64,000 nucleotides of DNA. Origin: Candidatus Dojkabacteria bacterium (GTDB taxonomy: Bacteria > Patescibacteriota > Dojkabacteria > J137). The position numbers and the translations under genes were made by a program. Numbering within the stretch: position 1 is the first letter of the stretch; every line of letters starts with the position of its first letter. A model generated the notes under the pieces. The model searched no databases, was not told the origin of the DNA, and saw only the letters and a list, made by a program, of their open reading frames with translations. This document shows, one piece after another, positions 1 to 10,209 of this stretch. The stretch is taken from contig JBGSZB010000016.1 in assembly GCA_041750555.1 (NCBI GenBank), positions 19,725-83,724 on the forward strand, written 5' to 3'.

Positions 1-46
1 TGTTTCAATTCTAATTAGGTTTTGCATAAATTAACATATTATTAGG

Positions 47-688
47 CTAGATATCATTTATAAGAGTCTTTATTAAAAGTTCTATCTGATTAGGGCTTTT
101 TACATATACACCTTTAAATCCATAGTGCTCAGCTGGAATAATATCTTTACCTACTTCATCACCAACTGAGTACTTCTCGAAATCCTTATGCTCTAAAGCA
201 ATCTTTTTAAAAATCTCTTCCTTGTTATTAAAATCATTTGCTGTATAGATTTCATAAAAAACATCCTTAATATTTAGCCTATCTAGTACTTTTTCAGCCC
301 ATACTAGAGGAGAATAAGTTAAAAGAATTAATTTAAAATCTTTGCTTTTTAAGTTGTAAAGAAAATTAATAATAGATTCCTCTCTTTTTACATATTTATT
401 TACGTCAATTTGTCCGAAAGCTTCGTGAAAAAAGTCCTCTTTTTTAACACCGTATTTACTCACATAATACTCAAAATATACTTGATATTCTTTTGATTCA
501 GCATGTTTTATTATCTTCAAAATCTTTCGCCTTGAAATTTTTCTCTTCTCTCTTGCTAAAATAAATTTATGAATATTTGATTTTACTTCAAGATGATAGT
601 AACTATTATAGAATTGATTAACTCCTTTACTATGTTTATATGAGTAAAGTGTACCATCCATGTCAAAAATTAAAATCCTTTTGTTCAT
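47..688 (-). CDS. HAD-superfamily hydrolase
   Basis: N-terminal FDMDGTL motif (HAD motif I); 213 aa. Confidence 0.6.
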   Translation of the reverse strand: MNKRILIFDMDGTLYSYKHSKGVNQFYNSYYHLEVKSNIHKFILAREKRKISRRKILKIIKHAESKEYQVYFEYYVSKYGVKKEDFFHEAFGQIDVNKYVKREESIINFLYNLKSKDFKLILLTYSPLVWAEKVLDRLNIKDVFYEIYTANDFNNKEEIFKKIALEHKDFEKYSVGDEVGKDIIPAEHYGFKGVYVKSPNQIELLIKTLINDI

Positions 689-861
689 TGTATATTTAAA
701 TATTATAGTAAAAACATAATGGCCACTTTTTTATTATGTAATCATGTAAATTAATACCTGTTTTGGAACTATAAAAGAATTCAATCAAGATCTGTGGTTG
801 ATTACTACTGGTTAACCTTATGATTAACTCATGGCTCAGTAACCTAAGTATCATTTCAGTA

Positions 862-1449
862 CTAATTTAAATATAAATACTTTCTTGTTCTTTCAATTAT
901 GCTTTCATAGGGGAAAGAGTCTATAACATTGAGACCTAGCTTCTTTGCCTGCTTTGAAATTCTTAAAGCATTCTGAAATTCAAATTCTAAAATCTTATCG
1001 AGCATTATTTTATCATTTGGAATATCTCGAGCTCTTTTTAAGTGATTCTTCTTGTATTCGTCAAACAAATCAATGTTTAAGAATACTTCATAGATATTAC
1101 TGTATTTCTTTTTCAGCTCAACAACAAAGAGAGGGTCAATATCTACACCTTCTATAACAATAGATTCATTGATTACTTGGTGATGAGCGATTATTATCTT
1201 TAAGCCTTTAGATACTTGACTGGCAATCTTTGCATGGGTTTTAACTAGATTTTCTACAGAAGAATTCAAGACAAATTCACTGTCTCGTAATCTATTAATT
1301 TTTCGTTTACTAGAGGAGATTGACTGCATTGCGATTCTTACATCATCAGCATAAATCCTAAGCAGCTTATACTCCTCTGAAAAATATTTTGCAAGTGTTG
1401 ACTTTCCTACTCCACTTCCTCCCCCAATCAGTATTATATAATTTTTCAT
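862..1449 (-). CDS. P-loop NTPase / small-molecule kinase (2-phosphoglycerate kinase-like)
   Basis: Walker A ILIGGGSGVGKSTLA near N-terminus; 195 aa. Confidence 0.5.
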   Translation of the reverse strand: MKNYIILIGGGSGVGKSTLAKYFSEEYKLLRIYADDVRIAMQSISSSKRKINRLRDSEFVLNSSVENLVKTHAKIASQVSKGLKIIIAHHQVINESIVIEGVDIDPLFVVELKKKYSNIYEVFLNIDLFDEYKKNHLKRARDIPNDKIMLDKILEFEFQNALRISKQAKKLGLNVIDSFPYESIIERTRKYLYLN

Positions 1450-1829
1450 AGATCAGATTATATCAAGTTTAATAAATATATTGGACACTTTATAGGTTTT
1501 TTTTCTAGGTAGTTTATATCAAAGTTAAGAATGTATAACAATGTATTGTAATACAAAATACTGTGTTTTTATGAAGATCAGAGATCTACTTAAACTAAAA
1601 GATTGGATAGAGTAGAATCACAATAAAACTTAGGGCGATAAGTATTTTATGATAAAGATATATGTAACATTGTTCCTATATATAATCCGCTTGTGGGTTC
1701 AAGAACAGGTTTAACAACTGACCCCATCTTAGAATCACATTATTCCCTATTTAATTAAACTCATTCAAATATTGTATTTCAACAAAATTATTTGTAGAAT
1801 CAGCTATAATTCACTAGGTATTATCAAAC

Positions 1830-2420
1830 ATGCAACAAACAGAAAAACAAATATCTAAAAAAATGCTTTTAATCATAGGAGGTGTATTAATACCTGTACT
1901 ATTAGTTATAGTTTTCCTTTTAGCATCTTTTTTTAATAATCTACCTGAATCAAAAAATGAAGTTCAAAATAACAATACTGTTTCATACCCTGTAGAAGAT
2001 AGTTCAACTCAAATAGAAAAAGGCCCTAGTGATTCTAACCTACCATTTGTAATAGATAGCCTAAAGGAAATTGATAATTTTGAATTCGCATACCACAAAA
2101 CTATTGGGAAAAAGGAATATATTTACCTTCAAAAAGGTAGAAATAATCCTGAATTAATCACTGAAGGAATAAGTCCATTAATATCTCCAGACCATACTCA
2201 ACTTGCTTATATAAAACTCAAGGAAGGAGTAGAAAGACCTTATGATACTTTTAACTACGATGGCGGTGATTTATATGTTTTAGATTTAAAAAATAATACT
2301 GAAAAACTTATTCAATATCATTCATTACTTACACAACCTGTTTTATGGTCAGATGATAGCAAGTATCTTGTCGTTGACACCAACTATACAATTCTCGTGG
2401 CTCTTGTAATTGAGTCTTAA
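1830..2420 (+). CDS. membrane-anchored PD40/TolB-like beta-propeller repeat protein
   Basis: N-terminal TM helix; ISPDHTQLAY...GGDLYVLDL and SDDSKYLVVD PD40-like repeats. Confidence 0.4.
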   Translation: MQQTEKQISKKMLLIIGGVLIPVLLVIVFLLASFFNNLPESKNEVQNNNTVSYPVEDSSTQIEKGPSDSNLPFVIDSLKEIDNFEFAYHKTIGKKEYIYLQKGRNNPELITEGISPLISPDHTQLAYIKLKEGVERPYDTFNYDGGDLYVLDLKNNTEKLIQYHSLLTQPVLWSDDSKYLVVDTNYTILVALVIES

Positions 2421-2421
2421 A

Positions 2422-2847
2422 CTATAAAAACAAGGTTAGTGTAAAACTCATTAATAAATAAACAACAAAGCTATATGCTGTATTTAATAAAAAAAGTTTT
2501 TTACTAGATCTTTCAAAAATTACTGGATTAAATAGTGTTGTAATAACAAAAGTTAATGTAATCATAAAGCTAGTTGCAATTGCATTAGGAAATTTATCTA
2601 AACCTGATAACATTAAAGAATATTGTAGTACAGAGTTAATTCCGGTTGTTATTAATAATGCATTAATTATGGTAAACAAAATCTCTTTATTACTCATGTG
2701 ATTTAAACCTTCTCTTCTATTTACTAACTTTCTCCATGTGTTTCCAAAAAGATATGGTGAATACCAAAACATTCCTATTACAATATTTACTATAGCGGTA
2801 ACAATTATAGCTAAGATATTTACATTAACGTTAAATACTTCAAACAT
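2422..2847 (-). CDS. DUF1761-like small membrane protein
   Basis: FWYSPYLFGNTW motif; several TM helices. Confidence 0.4.
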   Translation of the reverse strand: MFEVFNVNVNILAIIVTAIVNIVIGMFWYSPYLFGNTWRKLVNRREGLNHMSNKEILFTIINALLITTGINSVLQYSLMLSGLDKFPNAIATSFMITLTFVITTLFNPVIFERSSKKLFLLNTAYSFVVYLLMSFTLTLFL

Positions 2848-2960
2848 ATTTTATTGATAATAAATAAGATTAAATAATTATACATAATTATTAACTCATA
2901 AGTATGGACATCACCTTGAAAAAAATATATATTTGTTAGTAAGTATTTTAAAAGATAATT

Positions 2961-5900
2961 ATGCCAAAAGGACACATAAAGATTGGTAAGTATAAAATCC
3001 ATCATCATCATTTGTTGATGTTTGTTATTATATCCTCCCTTGTGATAATTGGTGTATTAGCTTCTAAAGGCGTGTTCTTATTAAACGCAGCAACTTCTCC
3101 TTGGAATCAAACAGATTGGAGTGCTGGAGTTGGAGGATCTACTACAGATCAATTTGCTTCATCTACAAATATAGATTTTACAAATTCCGGTGAAATAGCT
3201 CTTGAAAAATCAAGTGCATTAGATTGGTACAATACAAGTTGGTTACATAGAAGAAAGATAGTTTTTAATAATACTGATGCAAATATTGGTGTAACCTCTC
3301 AAGCACTTGTAGATTTTTCATTTCCTGTTAAATTTACTGATGGAGTTAATATAGATTATGCTAAAACACAAAATGCAGGTCAAGATATTAGATTTACTGA
3401 TTGTGATGGAACTACAGAACTAAGTTACCAAATAGAAAAGTGGGATGAACTGGGAGAATCATTAGTTTGGGTAAAAGTTCCACAAATTGATCAAAATTCA
3501 AGTACAGATTGTATATACACTTATTATAATAATGTTGCAGCTACAGATGGACAGGGAGTAACAAGTAATGTTTGGAGTGATAATTACAAGCTTGTATATC
3601 ATATGAATGAAGCAGAAACTGTCCAAGCTACAGATTCATCCCCTAAGGGCAATAATATTGCAGCAAGTGGAACTCCAAATCAACCTAAATCTGCTACAGG
3701 TCAACTATCATTGGGTAGACTTACAGGTAGAGACGAAACAACAGGGAACAACACAAGAGGATTCTCAAACTTTAATACTTTAGACTTTGATCTAGAGGGA
3801 AAAACTAGCTTTACTGTTTCTCTTTGGTTAAACAGACAGAATGACTTTAGTACAGCTACAGGAGAGATCATCTACTTCGCTGGTAATACTGGCGGTGGAA
3901 CATCAGGACAAAGAGATATTTATCTGTCATTAGTTAATGGTACTATGGGTTCACCAGGTATAAGTACTAATTACTTTGTACCTAAAAATACTTGGGTGAA
4001 GTTTACTATTAGTTATGATAGTCCTAATAACCTAATGTATTTGTATGGAAATAATGAGCTCGTATCTACAACTACATATTCAACTGTAAATTTTTCACCC
4101 CTTGGGTTTAACGTAAACAGACTAGGGGTAAGATTTAATGGAACACAAAGATTTGGTGCTTACCTTGATGAAGTAAGAATAATCGCTGAGCACAGAACAA
4201 GAGCTGAATTAAATGCAGAGTACTTGGCAGAGACCAGTGGATTTACATCATATCAAGCTGAAGTTGGTTACTATAAAACAAGCGCAACACTTTTATCTAA
4301 TATATTTGATACAGAGCAAAAGAGTGATTGGGGTAATATAACATATACAGTTTCAGGTAGCGGATTAACCCTTAAAGCAAGAAGTGGTGCACAAGCTAAC
4401 CTAAGTGATGCTGATAATTTTAATACTTGTGATGCTATAACATCAGGTACAGATTTAACAGATAATGATTGTGTATATGATTCTGATAGATATATACAAT
4501 ATCAGGTTGATTTAACTTCAGATGGAGGAACAACGCCTGTATTAACTGATGTATCACTAGTATTTAGTCCAAGTGAATTAACTGATCCAGATGTGAATGC
4601 AACAAGTGTAGAAATATCAGGTGTAAGTGAAGGCGATTGGATAAACTATGAACCTACATTTACTTGGGATGATGCAACAGATAATTTGGGAGGTAGTGGA
4701 ATTTTAGGATATTGTTTAGCATTAGAAGAGGCAACAATTGAAAGTCCAACGAACTTAGATCCAGAAATAACATCTGGAGTTTTAGGTAGCGATAATTTAA
4801 GATGGGGATTCTGTCCATATATAGTTACAACTACTTCCCTTGATGTATCTGCAGTTACAGGATTAGATTTAACATCAAATAAACAATACTATTTATCTGT
4901 AAGAGCTATAGATAATTCAGGTAATATTTTTGATAGTGGAGATGTAAATGATTACCGAAATCTCTTTTCATTTAAACATGATAACGTACCACCAACTAAT
5001 CCTACATATGTTAGTTTACCTGGTAACTTTGTATCTTCTAAAGATGTAACACTAACTTGGCCTGTAGCCTCAGGTGGAGCAGATGATGATGCATCACTTG
5101 TTGCAGGTCTTCAATACAAGATTGGAGATAGTGGAACATGGATGGGAGACTTACACCTAGGTACAGAAGATCTAACTGACTTATTAAATAATGATGGAAG
5201 TTATACAACTGATGTTACAACTGATTATCCTGTTATTTTAGATGGATTAAATAACTTATATTTAAGAACACTTGATAATGCAGGAAATATTAGTAGCAGT
5301 AACTTAAGTGCTGTTTTAAAAATAAATACTAATGCACCATCAGAACCACAAAATCTAACTGTTTCAGAAACACCTCGTACTGAGAATGATTATTCATTTT
5401 CATGGGAACCACCTGCTACATTTACTGGAAGTGTTAATGGAATTACATATTGTTATACCATTAATGAGTTACCTTCCCTTAGTACTTGTAACTATACATC
5501 TCCTGGAAGTTTAAGTTTAGCTAGCGATGCATACGCTAATCAACCAGGAAACAATGTTTTTCGTATTGCCGCAAGAGATGAGGCTTTTAATATTAATTAC
5601 AGTGTATTTACTTCAGTTAACTTTGAATATACAGGAGATGCTCCAGGAATGCCACAAAACTTAAGCATTGCTGATGTATCCATAAAAGATCAAAGTGATT
5701 GGAGATTAGTTGTTTCTTGGATTGAACCTAGTAGTTTAGGAGCAGGAGTATCTAACTACAAAGTATATAGAAGTACAACTGAAGCTACATGTTCTAGTAA
5801 TCCTGGTGCATTTAGCGAAGTTGGAACAACTACAAGTCCATCAAAAATATTTTCAGATACGGGTTTAACCCAACAAACTTACTATTACTGTGTTAAAGCT

Positions 5901-7196
5901 TGTGATAACGCTAATAACTGTGGGGCATATTCTTCAACTGTTAATCTATTACCTACAGGAAAGTTTACAGTTCCAGCGTCTCTAATAACAGAACCAAGTG
6001 TCTCAGCTGTTAGTACTCAAAAAGCAGTTATTAACTGGGTAACAGAGAGAGCATCTGATTCTAGAATTGAATACGGATTATCTAGTGGTCAATATTTTGA
6101 TGAAGAAGTTGGATCATCAGCTCAGGTAAGCGCACATACTGTAACACTAAACAATCTAACTGCAGGAACAACATATTACTTTAGAGCTAAATGGAGTGAT
6201 GAAGATGGTAATACAGGTATTAGCGAAGAAAAAACATTTGTAACTTCCCCACCACCTCAACTTATTGAAGTTAGTTCAAGTTCTGTAACTGTAAGTTCAG
6301 CACTTATTCAATTTACAAGTTCAAGTGCATATAAAGCAATAGTATTCTATGGCAAATCAACTAGTTTTGGATCAAGTCAGGAGATTAATATATCACCTAA
6401 CCAATCAACATATACAATATCTCTAACAGAGTTAGATGATGAAACTAAATATTACTATACAATATCTCTAATTGATTTAGAGGGAGTTACTTACCCTGGT
6501 GATACATATTCATTAACTACACTTGCAAAACCTAGAGTCGAAAATATAACAATTGAAGAACAAAAAGATACTGCTAGTCCAACCGTAAGTGTTGTATGGA
6601 CTACAAATGTTAATACAACTTCAATACTTGCATATAGGGAAGAAGGATCTAGTGATGATGAACTTCAAGTTATAAATATTGATCCAACAACAGAGCACTC
6701 ACTTGAAATTGTTGGATTAAAACCTACAACTAATTATGAATTAAGAGTTAGAGGTGTAGATGGATTTGGTAACATAGCAGAATCTAGTTTGTTTAAATTT
6801 ACAACTGCAACAGATAATAGAGCACCTTTAATATCAAATGTAATAGTAGAAAGTAATATAGTTAATAATTCAGCTAGTGGAGAAAGTAGAGCACAATTAA
6901 TAGTTTCTTGGGAGACTGATGAACCATCAACCAGTTTAGTTGCATTTGGAGAAGGTTCTATAGGAGCTTACACACAAACATCACAATCTGATTTAAACTT
7001 TAAACAAAAACATGTAATTATAATTAACGATTTAAATTTCTCAACTGTATATAGTTTACAAATACAAACTAGGGATCAAGCTGATAATGAGAGAAAGGGT
7101 AGTAACTTTATTGCTATTACTCCTAATAAAACAGAGAATGCCCTAGATTTAGTTATAATAAATCTTAGAGATATATTTGGTTTCTTAAATTTCTAG
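2961..7196 (+). CDS. giant cell-surface protein: N-terminal TM anchor, DUF2341, LamG/concanavalin-like lectin domain, array of fibronectin type III repeats
   Basis: 1411 aa. W-HRRKIVFNN...DIRFTD...VWVKVP...YTYYNN matches the DUF2341 signature. LamG_3-like end motif YLDEVRIIAEHRTRAELNAEY. Repeated PxxPQNLTV/PQNLSI FN3 starts; purple-acid-phosphatase-like FN3 (NWVTERASDSRIEYG). Confidence 0.8.
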   Translation: MPKGHIKIGKYKIHHHHLLMFVIISSLVIIGVLASKGVFLLNAATSPWNQTDWSAGVGGSTTDQFASSTNIDFTNSGEIALEKSSALDWYNTSWLHRRKIVFNNTDANIGVTSQALVDFSFPVKFTDGVNIDYAKTQNAGQDIRFTDCDGTTELSYQIEKWDELGESLVWVKVPQIDQNSSTDCIYTYYNNVAATDGQGVTSNVWSDNYKLVYHMNEAETVQATDSSPKGNNIAASGTPNQPKSATGQLSLGRLTGRDETTGNNTRGFSNFNTLDFDLEGKTSFTVSLWLNRQNDFSTATGEIIYFAGNTGGGTSGQRDIYLSLVNGTMGSPGISTNYFVPKNTWVKFTISYDSPNNLMYLYGNNELVSTTTYSTVNFSPLGFNVNRLGVRFNGTQRFGAYLDEVRIIAEHRTRAELNAEYLAETSGFTSYQAEVGYYKTSATLLSNIFDTEQKSDWGNITYTVSGSGLTLKARSGAQANLSDADNFNTCDAITSGTDLTDNDCVYDSDRYIQYQVDLTSDGGTTPVLTDVSLVFSPSELTDPDVNATSVEISGVSEGDWINYEPTFTWDDATDNLGGSGILGYCLALEEATIESPTNLDPEITSGVLGSDNLRWGFCPYIVTTTSLDVSAVTGLDLTSNKQYYLSVRAIDNSGNIFDSGDVNDYRNLFSFKHDNVPPTNPTYVSLPGNFVSSKDVTLTWPVASGGADDDASLVAGLQYKIGDSGTWMGDLHLGTEDLTDLLNNDGSYTTDVTTDYPVILDGLNNLYLRTLDNAGNISSSNLSAVLKINTNAPSEPQNLTVSETPRTENDYSFSWEPPATFTGSVNGITYCYTINELPSLSTCNYTSPGSLSLASDAYANQPGNNVFRIAARDEAFNINYSVFTSVNFEYTGDAPGMPQNLSIADVSIKDQSDWRLVVSWIEPSSLGAGVSNYKVYRSTTEATCSSNPGAFSEVGTTTSPSKIFSDTGLTQQTYYYCVKACDNANNCGAYSSTVNLLPTGKFTVPASLITEPSVSAVSTQKAVINWVTERASDSRIEYGLSSGQYFDEEVGSSAQVSAHTVTLNNLTAGTTYYFRAKWSDEDGNTGISEEKTFVTSPPPQLIEVSSSSVTVSSALIQFTSSSAYKAIVFYGKSTSFGSSQEINISPNQSTYTISLTELDDETKYYYTISLIDLEGVTYPGDTYSLTTLAKPRVENITIEEQKDTASPTVSVVWTTNVNTTSILAYREEGSSDDELQVINIDPTTEHSLEIVGLKPTTNYELRVRGVDGFGNIAESSLFKFTTATDNRAPLISNVIVESNIVNNSASGESRAQLIVSWETDEPSTSLVAFGEGSIGAYTQTSQSDLNFKQKHVIIINDLNFSTVYSLQIQTRDQADNERKGSNFIAITPNKTENALDLVIINLRDIFGFLNF

Positions 7197-7200
7197 ATAT

Positions 7201-7914
7201 ATGAAAGATAAAGAATATACTCTTAAATCATCAATAATTTCTGATTTAGATGGTAAATATGGTTATCCAATAGATGAGGATGGGGTATATAAAGTAAGTG
7301 TAACTGCTTCAGGATATAAGCCTTATGAAAAGTTTTTAAACTTATCTCGTGGTAATGAATTAATTGAAGAAGTTGCCCTTACTAAAGTTAATGATATATC
7401 AAGTGTTGCTAATGATCTAGATAAAATTAAAAAATATCAAATGTTAGAGGCTGTTAAGATTATTAACGTCTTAGTATTTCTTTTAATAACTCTAGGCTTT
7501 TTATTTAATTTATACAATGTAGCAAGTAGTCCAACATTATTTAATTTAATAGTATTTGTAATATATTCATTAATAATGATGGTTAATATATATCTATTTA
7601 TTAAAAAGAATAAATCTACTTCTAAAGCTAGAATTATTGATCAGAATAAAAACCCAGTATCTTCAGCAGTTGTTAAAGTATATAGCGATAATAAACAGGT
7701 TGGAGTATATGTAACAAATGGTAGTGGTGAATTTAAAGCTAAACTACCATCAGGAGAGTATAAGATAATGATTAGTAAAACTGGAATTGTATTGGGAGAT
7801 AGAATGTATAAAGTATTTGTTAACCGCGATGGCTATATCGTTGACGATGTAGTAATAGAAACTAAATTCCCTAACTTTGATAAAGATAACTTGGTAGTTA
7901 ACCCTTTCTCTTAA
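7201..7914 (+). CDS. membrane protein with two carboxypeptidase-regulatory-like (CarboxypepD_reg) beta-sandwich domains
   Basis: Starts 5 nt after the giant protein stop. GVYKVSVTASGYKP and SGEYKIMISKTG motifs flank two TM helices. Confidence 0.6.
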   Translation: MKDKEYTLKSSIISDLDGKYGYPIDEDGVYKVSVTASGYKPYEKFLNLSRGNELIEEVALTKVNDISSVANDLDKIKKYQMLEAVKIINVLVFLLITLGFLFNLYNVASSPTLFNLIVFVIYSLIMMVNIYLFIKKNKSTSKARIIDQNKNPVSSAVVKVYSDNKQVGVYVTNGSGEFKAKLPSGEYKIMISKTGIVLGDRMYKVFVNRDGYIVDDVVIETKFPNFDKDNLVVNPFS

Positions 7915-8632
7915 GATAACTTGTATAAACCCCTGAGAATATAAAGGCTGTAATAATAGCTACACAAATTAATGCAGTGTAAAGAATTACTAATACATCT
8001 GAGAATTTAACTGCTATTCCTACACTTGCCCATACAATTACCAGGGCATACGCGTAATCTCTAGACTTATACATTGCATAAATAGCTAGAAGCATTGCTA
8101 CAACTATTAATAATGCACTCCAGACTGATCCACTTAAAACTAAAGATTCTATTCCAAAGTAGTTTAAAAATACTGTTACATTAGCAACTGTTGCTACTGT
8201 AATCCAACCTAAATATATTGAGAAGGGTATTTTTACAAAGATATTAAAGTTTCTAGTTGTTGATTTTAAACTATATATACTTGTATATATTTTAATTAAT
8301 ACTAGAAGTAGAGCAAGCATTATAGGTAGAGTTGATGGTATAAAATTATAGTGCCAAAGAATAATCCATAAGCTATTTAATAGACCAGCTAATACTACAT
8401 ACCAAGAAATCTCTTTAAACACTTTATAGTTATTTCTTAACTGATATATTGCAAAAGCTATTAAACCTAAATATATTACTCCCCAGATAGAAAACACATA
8501 ACCTGCGGGAACAAAAAATACACTAAATGAATCTGAAACTTCTGCTGTAGTTACTCCGTTATACGGAATAATATTTGCAAGTAGGTTAATAACTATAGTC
8601 ACAACAACTGATAGGGCAACCACAATTTTCAT
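7898..8632 (-). CDS. TspO/MBR-like tryptophan-rich multi-pass membrane protein
   Basis: FFVPAGYVFSIWGVIYLGLIAFAIY resembles the TspO core; 5-6 TM helices; longer than canonical TspO. Confidence 0.4.
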   Translation of the reverse strand: MKIVVALSVVVTIVINLLANIIPYNGVTTAEVSDSFSVFFVPAGYVFSIWGVIYLGLIAFAIYQLRNNYKVFKEISWYVVLAGLLNSLWIILWHYNFIPSTLPIMLALLLVLIKIYTSIYSLKSTTRNFNIFVKIPFSIYLGWITVATVANVTVFLNYFGIESLVLSGSVWSALLIVVAMLLAIYAMYKSRDYAYALVIVWASVGIAVKFSDVLVILYTALICVAIITAFIFSGVYTSYLKRKG

Positions 8633-8727
8633 ATTTTTTATATAACTACATTAGTCTAAAACTATTTAATAAAGAATTCCAGTATATTTAATATATTTAT
8701 ATATATCTAATTAAATGTACTTAATTT

Positions 8728-8736
8728 TGATATAAT
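8728..8736 (+). promoter_or_regulatory. extended -10 promoter (TGaTATAAT) for tRNA-Arg
   Basis: TGATATAAT ends 7 nt before tRNA position 1. The 13-mer TATAATCACATAT recurs at 34250. Confidence 0.35.
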
Positions 8737-8743
8737 CACATAT

Positions 8744-8818
8744 GCGCCTGTAGCCTAATGGATAGGGCACTTGTCTTCGGAACAAGGTTATGTGGGGGTT
8801 CGACTCCCTCCAGGCGTA
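8744..8818 (+). tRNA. tRNA-Arg (anticodon TCG)
   Basis: Cloverleaf read by eye: acceptor GCGCCTG/CAGGCGT (G1-U72); D-arm GCCTAATGGATAGGGC; anticodon stem CTTGT/ACAAG with loop CTTCGGA; T-arm GGGGGTTCGACTCCCTC; no encoded CCA. Confidence 0.85.
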
Positions 8819-8874
8819 AATACTTCTTGTAAATTAAGAGTTCATATATTACAATTCCAAGCTTAAATATAGTT

Positions 8875-10209
8875 ATGAAGGACAATAAATTATCAGGTGA
8901 ACCTACGTCAAGACCAGTAGAAATGGTTTTTGTAAGTGATGGCGGATTACTAGGTAATGAAATTACGTACTTAGCTCAATTTGGAGATATAAATATAATC
9001 TCTGAAGAATTTATGCTTAATGAAGTTAGAGCAGCAATTTTTTCTGAGCTTATTAAAACTTGGTCTCTTTTAAGATTTAGAGGAATAACCCCATACTTTA
9101 GTATATTTGATGCATACAGTATTGCATCTACCTTAGAAGAGGAAAAACTAATGGAATATGTAAGAGATGTTGATGATATACGGTCGGCAAGGTTAGCGAA
9201 TGGCCTAAGAGAGGAAAGCGCAAATAGCGATTTAGATATGTTGGCAGGAGATATCTGTAAAAGAATATTTTTTATTGTTGATAAGATTGACCCATATACA
9301 GGAGAAATTACCCAAGTAGTTCAATTAAAAAAGACAGATATGTTTAAAGCTAGAGATTTAGTTAAAGCTAAAGAAAGAACATTAAAAAAAGCTAAGGGTG
9401 GAATGCAGGACTATGACCTTGAATTAATAGGAAGGATAAAAAAGTTAAGTACTATTCTAGATAAACTTCCTCATATACTACTAAATACAATAATACTTCC
9501 ATTAACTCAAGAGGAAAGTGACGCTATTAAAAATATAGGGAGATCAATTCAACTACATTATGATACATTGAATTGTTCTCGAGGGATTGTAAAGAATTTT
9601 GAAGAAGCTTCAATTGAATTTGATACTAATGTTTTAGAATGGATAAGAATATCAAAAGGTAGAATTGAAAGAATAAATGAAATATTAGCAGGTTTACCTG
9701 TGGGAAACACACTAGTTTCATCAGGTTCTTCTGCAATATACCAATTTGCAGAGTATATAAAAGTAGAAAATGTAAATTTTGGCGTTAAGCATGCAAAAGT
9801 ATATGCCCCATTTCAATATTTAGTTAACCTACAAATATCAATAGATAGAGGTGATATGTACGAGAACGTTAATATTATTAAAAACAGGCTATATCTTTCC
9901 CACTATCTATATGGAGCTTTAATTGCTGAACATAGTTTAGGTAACCAAGACGCTGCAGAAATATCTATAGCTTTAATAAATTCACTATCAGATGAGCAAA
10001 TTAATAAATTAATAAGTGAGTTTAATAATGATAAACAGAGAAGAGGATTAACTAAGTTAATGGTTACGCTTTTTGGAAATGATTATGATATAGGTTCAAG
10101 AAGTATATTAAAAAGAACCTGGGGTAATAACTTTGGTCATATACCTGAGGTGATTATTAATACAGAAGTAGTTGAGAATGCAAGAGATATTAATACTGCT
10201 GAAGCTTAA
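8875..10209 (+). CDS. hypothetical protein, no recognisable domain
   Basis: 444 aa uninterrupted ORF directly downstream of tRNA-Arg; soluble; no motif recognised. Confidence 0.5.
   Translation: MKDNKLSGEPTSRPVEMVFVSDGGLLGNEITYLAQFGDINIISEEFMLNEVRAAIFSELIKTWSLLRFRGITPYFSIFDAYSIASTLEEEKLMEYVRDVDDIRSARLANGLREESANSDLDMLAGDICKRIFFIVDKIDPYTGEITQVVQLKKTDMFKARDLVKAKERTLKKAKGGMQDYDLELIGRIKKLSTILDKLPHILLNTIILPLTQEESDAIKNIGRSIQLHYDTLNCSRGIVKNFEEASIEFDTNVLEWIRISKGRIERINEILAGLPVGNTLVSSGSSAIYQFAEYIKVENVNFGVKHAKVYAPFQYLVNLQISIDRGDMYENVNIIKNRLYLSHYLYGALIAEHSLGNQDAAEISIALINSLSDEQINKLISEFNNDKQRRGLTKLMVTLFGNDYDIGSRSILKRTWGNNFGHIPEVIINTEVVENARDINTAEA

Noticed and set aside
1680-1730. Possible tRNA pseudogene in the 380-bp spacer (gggttcaagaac T-loop-like segment)
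   Set aside because: No complementary acceptor, D- or anticodon stems could be built around it. It is probably a chance resemblance.
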